In this document: positions 29,806-34,449 of the stretch, in pieces | How positions within the stretch are numbered: position 1 is the first letter of the stretch | Layout of the letters: every line of letters begins with the position of its first letter | Assembly: GCA_044352465.1 (NCBI GenBank) | Contig: JBILDU010000025.1 | Span: forward strand, 1 to 34,449 | Reading direction: 5' to 3' | Source: Bdellovibrionota bacterium | GTDB taxonomy: Bacteria; Bdellovibrionota_C; UBA2361 | Length of the DNA: 34,449 bases | Notes under the pieces: model-generated | Told to the model about the DNA's origin: nothing | What the model saw: only the letters and a program-made list of their open reading frames with translations | Databases searched by the model: none | Made by a program: the position numbers and the translations under genes

Positions 29806-30567
29806 ATGGCGCTCGATATCTCGGACATATGGCGAAACGTCCCTCCCGAGGAAAAATTCGAGATGATGGCGCATGCCCAATCACGCGGTATTTTTGCCGC
29901 TTTCATCGTCATCCTCATCGCATCGACGATGGCGGTCTGCTTCCAAGCACCGTGGCTCATGTGGGGCTCGTTTATACTCGCGCCGTTTATCTTCCAATTC
30001 GCGACCGGTAAAGCGTGGCGGGACCATCGCCCTAAGGTGCTGCTTGAATACCTCGCAGCCCGGGCGGTGACGCGCCGATATGCTTTCGCTGTTGCGGCAA
30101 AAGATCTGGGTCTCAAACTCATCTTCAAAGGGAGTCTCGAAGAGGAATTCACAGACTCTAATATTCAAAATGCCATGGCGAGCGGATTCTCGCAGCAAAC
30201 CCGGATTGATGTATGGGTGACGCTCTTTAATGATGCGGTTGTGATTATTTCGGAGCGCCTCGGGGGAGCGCGGTGTGAGCTTGCAACACCTTTTAACGAT
30301 AAACTCGTCGTCGAATCATTAAATGAGTCCAAAAACGAATATTCATCGGGCAAAACTGTCATCTTGACGCTGACCGACCGCACGCTAGTCAAAAGACGCT
30401 TCCGCCTCACCAGCCGATATCCCGCCGCCCTGTTAGTCTTCGAAAAGGAGCTCCAACAACTGCTTCACTCCGCGGCCGACCAACGTGCTCGACTCCTTGA
30501 AGCTCCAGCGAGGACTGACGGGTCGACCGATGACGATGATGACTTCGGGGCAATGACAACATTCTAG
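29806..30567 (+). CDS. hypothetical membrane-anchored protein
   Basis: Two N-terminal TM helices, beta-rich soluble domain, acidic tail; start at MALDIS. Confidence 0.8.
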   Translation: MALDISDIWRNVPPEEKFEMMAHAQSRGIFAAFIVILIASTMAVCFQAPWLMWGSFILAPFIFQFATGKAWRDHRPKVLLEYLAARAVTRRYAFAVAAKDLGLKLIFKGSLEEEFTDSNIQNAMASGFSQQTRIDVWVTLFNDAVVIISERLGGARCELATPFNDKLVVESLNESKNEYSSGKTVILTLTDRTLVKRRFRLTSRYPAALLVFEKELQQLLHSAADQRARLLEAPARTDGSTDDDDDFGAMTTF

Positions 30568-30619
30568 TGGTTCGACCATTAAATTCTTTCACCTGCAAGG
30601 TAATAGAATTTATGCTCAC

Positions 30620-30684
30620 CACTAGTCCTGAGTTAGTTTTTCACCCCGCGGGAGTGAAAAAACTTATTGGTCGAAGGACTAGTG
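30620..30684. other. long nested hairpin
   Basis: CACTAGTCCT/AGGACTAGTG enclosing AGTTTTTCAC/GTGAAAAAACT. Confidence 0.7.
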
Positions 30685-30880
30685 TCCCGTCCAATGATTT
30701 CTTCATCTGCCGGAGATTCTGCGGGTGGGATATGAGCGCGGCTATCCTGGCCGTGCAGATACCCGAGCGGAGCGCGAACCAAGGTCTTTTTGCTCAGACC
30801 GGGACAAGGTGAAACCGCAGCCTCGATGGCGATATCGAAGACCTTTTGACAACGCACGCGCGCTATTCGAGACTGCACCT

Positions 30881-31714
30881 ATGGTGCGTCCTGCGTCTTT
30901 CTGGCTTTGGTTTCTTCTCGGCAGCCTCTTTTTTACAGGGGGAGAGGACGGCTATGCCCAGAAGCCGACGAGTAATCTTGTCATTCGAGTCGAGGATATG
31001 GGGGAGGCGGTTCGAATTGTGGCAGCACCAGCCGATTCGATAACTGCGCGCCTTTTTGTTCTCGGCGAACCGAACCGGATTGTCATTGATTTACCGGTTG
31101 TCCCCCCCCCTCACCTCAAGGAGTTTATCCCGAAGGCGAATCCTCTTATTCACCGCCTGAGGTTCGGAGTTCATCCAGACAAGATCCGGATCGTCGCTGA
31201 TGTTAAAACTCCAAATATTCCGCCACCGTTACTGTCGGAGGCTGAGGGCGGTATCGCTATCAGCGTGCCAGTTTCAGCAGAGGCCCGTGCTGCGTTTATC
31301 TCGGCAAGTGCTCAAACAACGGAGCTAGGCACCACGAGAGAGTCGGCAGCAGTTGCCGTTGGGGAAGCGGTCTTTCCCGCACGGACAGGACAAAATCTTG
31401 AGACAATTCTCTTTGAGCGAGGTGCTGAAGATGGCGCACCGGTAGTAAGAATAGGGCTGACCGAGCGGCCGACTTTTTCATTCCAGAAGGCGGATGCAAA
31501 GACATATCGACTAAGCCTCGCAAACTGCAAGGTAGCTGGCGCTCACCTGGCGTTACACCACTATCCACCCGATGATTTCGTCGGATTTTCAATCGTCGAG
31601 ATCCGCCAAGTGGGAGATGATACGGAGATATTAGTTGGGGTAGACCACAATTTTAAAATTGTTCCGACGACGACTGAACGGGCGATACTCATCCGCTCAT
31701 TACCGCGAGGATGA
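30881..31714 (+). CDS. secreted AMIN-domain protein
   Basis: Signal peptide; LFVLGEPNRIVIDLP and LIHRLRFGVHPDKIRIVAD (AMIN); second AMIN-like module at C-terminus. Confidence 0.8.
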   Translation: MVRPASFWLWFLLGSLFFTGGEDGYAQKPTSNLVIRVEDMGEAVRIVAAPADSITARLFVLGEPNRIVIDLPVVPPPHLKEFIPKANPLIHRLRFGVHPDKIRIVADVKTPNIPPPLLSEAEGGIAISVPVSAEARAAFISASAQTTELGTTRESAAVAVGEAVFPARTGQNLETILFERGAEDGAPVVRIGLTERPTFSFQKADAKTYRLSLANCKVAGAHLALHHYPPDDFVGFSIVEIRQVGDDTEILVGVDHNFKIVPTTTERAILIRSLPRG

Positions 31715-31743
31715 GGCTTGGCGAGTAATCACAGGCTCGCCGT

Positions 31744-32004
31744 TTACCTTGCGCTGTCCTCGGCGAGCCTCTTCAGGGCGGAGCGCAGGGCGATCTTCGC
31801 AGACATCACTCCACATGCGGCACCGTGTTCAAACATAAACTCAGGGGCCTCTAGCAATTGGGGATAATCGTCAGGATTCAGGAGATCCTCCGGCGTCAAT
31901 TCGGGAATCAGTCGATGCGCAAGCTTACTCGCCCGCTCGCTTTGCTGCCGGAACAGGCTATCGAGCTCCCGCTCGATAAGTTCGAGTACCTCCCCATGGT
32001 TCAT
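31744..32004 (-). CDS. small hypothetical protein
   Basis: 86 aa, PELTPEDLLNPDDYPQL..PEF.FEHG; ATGA-coupled to the upstream TPR gene. Confidence 0.75.
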   Translation of the reverse strand: MNHGEVLELIERELDSLFRQQSERASKLAHRLIPELTPEDLLNPDDYPQLLEAPEFMFEHGAACGVMSAKIALRSALKRLAEDSAR

Positions 32005-32606
32005 ATCGACTCCGTTTGAGTTTGTTTTCGCGCGTAGGCGAGTGCTGCAAGCGCCTCTGCCGAACGGCGCTCGAGGGGGATAGCCTCCAACGCTTCAAGC
32101 GCAGCTACAGCATTACCGACTAAAAGGTAGGCAGCAGCGAGGTCCTCGCGGAGGCCGACATCACCAGGGGCATGCGGAACGCACCGCTCAAACATCTCAA
32201 CTGCGCGTTCGCCCTCCCCCCTTCGTAGATAGGCACGGCCAAGCACAGCGGACGCACGCACGGCGCCGCGCCCTACCGGAGCGAGTTTCAACACCGCTAC
32301 CGCTGATGCATAAGCTGTTGCAACATCATCGTCCTGCAATGCAGCACTCCCAAGCTCGAGATGCCCCTTCACCCAGAACGGAAAGCTCCGCAACTTCTCA
32401 CGAAGCCAACGCTGGCGCTCCGCGAGAGCACTCGATTGAATTAGAAATTGGCGGTCGAAATCGGACCGCTGGAACGTATCTAAAGACTCCCGCCGAATCA
32501 CCTGCTCGCTTGAAACCCCAAAGCGATGGCCCCGCTCAAGAAGAGACAGTGCTACACAAATAAGTCGGTTTAGGACTGATGCCGAGGAACGGACGAACAG
32601 TGGCAC
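32001..32606 (-). CDS. tetratricopeptide repeat protein
   Basis: LGRAYLRRGEGERAVEMFER, LAAAYLLVGNAVAALEAL. Confidence 0.8.
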   Translation of the reverse strand: MPLFVRSSASVLNRLICVALSLLERGHRFGVSSEQVIRRESLDTFQRSDFDRQFLIQSSALAERQRWLREKLRSFPFWVKGHLELGSAALQDDDVATAYASAVAVLKLAPVGRGAVRASAVLGRAYLRRGEGERAVEMFERCVPHAPGDVGLREDLAAAYLLVGNAVAALEALEAIPLERRSAEALAALAYARKQTQTESI

Positions 32607-32637
32607 CCCTCGTCTTGTGTAAGTAAGACCTTAATTC

Positions 32638-32898
32638 TTAATGCCCGGCGATTTCAGCAGACGCAGGAGCAGCGAAACCGGCGGCGCCACTGCCTTGGCG
32701 GGGGTCAGTAACCCGCGAGGGCAAGCTAGATTGAGCTGTACGAAGCTCCTTGAGAGTCTGACCGAGCACTTTCTCACGATCCGAATGCGACAAACGATAA
32801 TCGGTCACCGCAAGGAAGAGACTGAGAAGTACCGCTGCCAGACCAGCGCCAAAGAACCACCGCCGGGCATCGCTTGCTATTTGAGGATCAAGATTCAT
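32638..32898 (-). CDS. small single-TM hypothetical protein
   Basis: GAGG upstream; one hydrophobic helix; co-oriented with the TPR gene. Confidence 0.65.
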   Translation of the reverse strand: MNLDPQIASDARRWFFGAGLAAVLLSLFLAVTDYRLSHSDREKVLGQTLKELRTAQSSLPSRVTDPRQGSGAAGFAAPASAEIAGH

Positions 32899-33337
32899 GC
32901 TGCATACCTCTCTTTATCGAACCGTTGGGGCATCTTAATCGGACCGCAGATGAGAATCAAGCCGCTAAAATCGCTCCTATTTTCCCGTCCGGTTGATGGA
33001 GACCTCAACTCGAGGTACACTGGTGGACCGGTGAAAAGAGGACTTCCTATCCTTTTTTAGGATTGCAATCGCTTATTCGCGTGCGAAAAGAAACGCAATC
33101 CCAAACTGAGCGAAAATGTCCTGAGTGGTCATTGTCTCTCAGATTAGCGGGCCATCCCTGGCCCGCAGGAGAAGGGCCCGTTCAAAAGTCCCCACGAGAG
33201 TGGCGAATTTTGAGCGCACCCTGCTAGACAAAAGTAGTGCCCTGCTAAGCTGGAACCCGCAGGAAAAAACTTATTGAAGGTGGCACCAGTTCACAACCCG
33301 GCGAGGCGACCCGAAAAACCACCAGACAGTAAAATCT

Positions 33338-33895
33338 ATGATGCTTTCAAACGAAGATATAAAATCAGCCATCAACTCCGGAGAGCTTAAGGTGGATCCG
33401 TTGAAGCCGGAGTTCATAAGAGCATCGGGAATAACGATGCACCTTGGAGAACGGCTCCTTAAGCCCTTACCCGGGAAGGTGGTTGACGTAAAGAACAAGG
33501 TGGCACCAGACTATCGTCAGATCACCCTAACCCCGGAGACACCGTACCAACTCGAGCCCGGAGAATTTCTCCTCGGCCACACCCTTCAAACGGTTACCGT
33601 TGGACCGAATCTCGGGTTTTTTATCGAAGGTCGAAGCACCCTAGCTCGCGTGGGACTCACCATCGTGCAGACAGCTATGCTAGTCTATCCTGGACACGCG
33701 GATCGCACCGTGACCTTAGAGCTCGCAAACCACGGCCCGAATCCGATCCTCCTCTACCCAAAAATGAAAATCGCTCGGGTCGCGCTCTTTCAGATGAAAA
33801 CACCCAGCTCCGAGCGATACGACGACGAAGGCAAATACCGCAATCAAATCTGGGTCGGAGAACCCATCTTTGGCAACGAAATCCTCGAAGACTGA
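33338..33895 (+). CDS. dcd: dCTP deaminase family protein (divergent)
   Basis: MLSNEDI, LEPGEFLLGHT, EGRSTLARVGL, TLELAN, GKYRNQ. Confidence 0.9.
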   Translation: MMLSNEDIKSAINSGELKVDPLKPEFIRASGITMHLGERLLKPLPGKVVDVKNKVAPDYRQITLTPETPYQLEPGEFLLGHTLQTVTVGPNLGFFIEGRSTLARVGLTIVQTAMLVYPGHADRTVTLELANHGPNPILLYPKMKIARVALFQMKTPSSERYDDEGKYRNQIWVGEPIFGNEILED

Positions 33896-33908
33896 CCCCC
33901 CCAACTCC

Positions 33909-34379
33909 AATTCTCAGAGACCTGGAGGCTACGCCTCCCATCGAAAGCTCGGGGATTCTGCTAGATTAGGATGAAAAGGCAACACACCGGTATAGTCTAT
34001 TCAACTGACCACGGGGAGATGTGTCCCTCTTGTACGCACCCGCGGCCCCGATGCAGCTGCAAAACCTCGAACGAGCTTCCGCCAGGCGACGGCATTGTTC
34101 GAATTCGTTTGGAGACCAAAGGCCGAAATGGCAAAGCAGTGACTGTGATCACTGGGTTGCCCCTCCCCGGCCAAGAGCTGCGAGAGCTAGGAAGAAAACT
34201 TAAACAACGATGTAGCACCGGCGGCACCGTTAAAGATTTTACTATTGAGCTCCAGGGGGATCGATGCGATCTCGTTGAGCAAGAGCTTACCGCTCAAGGA
34301 TTTGTAATAAAAAAGAGCCGTTAGCGGGGCCCTCGATTTGATATTCCGAGCTCTCGTTCCCCCTAATTCTCAGAGACCT
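33909..34379. repeat. 15-bp direct repeat flanking yciH
   Basis: AATTCTCAGAGACCT at 33909-33923 and 34365-34379. Confidence 0.8.
33971..34324 (+). CDS. yciH: translation initiation factor SUI1/YciH
   Basis: IVYSTD, GDGIVRIRLETKGRNGKAVTVITGL, LKQRCSTGGTVKD, IELQGD. Confidence 0.95.
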   Translation: MKRQHTGIVYSTDHGEMCPSCTHPRPRCSCKTSNELPPGDGIVRIRLETKGRNGKAVTVITGLPLPGQELRELGRKLKQRCSTGGTVKDFTIELQGDRCDLVEQELTAQGFVIKKSR

Positions 34380-34429
34380 TGCGGTTAGATATTTGGCAAC
34401 GGTGAGGGGAAGAGAGCGAATACGGAGGC

Positions 34430-34449
34430 ATGGCATATCATCCCCGTAT
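34430..34449 (+). CDS. start of an ORF running off the window (MAYHPR...)
   Basis: GGAGG immediately upstream of ATG at 34430; only 6 full codons visible. Confidence 0.35.

Noticed and set aside
33277..33509. AAGGTGGCACCAG in both the dcd leader and dcd coding sequence; leader as a riboswitch
   Set aside because: Single 13-bp match with no structural support; no riboswitch consensus recognised

Overview
Bacterial chromosomal window of about 55-60% GC (by eye), probably from a deltaproteobacterial/Bdellovibrionota-like organism. The left third is the minus-strand secE-nusG-rplK-rplA-rplJ-rplL-rpoB-rpoC(start) cluster. The last ~75 codons of rpoB and the rpoC start look Bacteroidota-like, suggesting a chimeric join. 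Upstream is a rearranged, divergent tRNA cluster (Trp and Thr-GGT on minus; Thr-TGT, Gly and Tyr on plus) with no tuf or rpmG. Two tRNAs there carry tandem, hairpin-rich, tRNA-derived repeats with segments complementary to their own tRNA; this is the most unusual signal in the window. The remainder holds a B12 radical SAM gene, a probable pseudogene, a 928-aa secreted protein, orphan ORFs (one ADP-ribosyltransferase-like, one PRTase-like), AI-2E/lysine-dehydrogenase-like/membrane genes, rocD, asnS, tRNA-Pro, an orphan pilP, a FliA-like sigma factor, comM/yifB, an AMIN protein, a TPR protein, a divergent dcd and yciH. All calls come from reading motifs by eye; no database searches were run.
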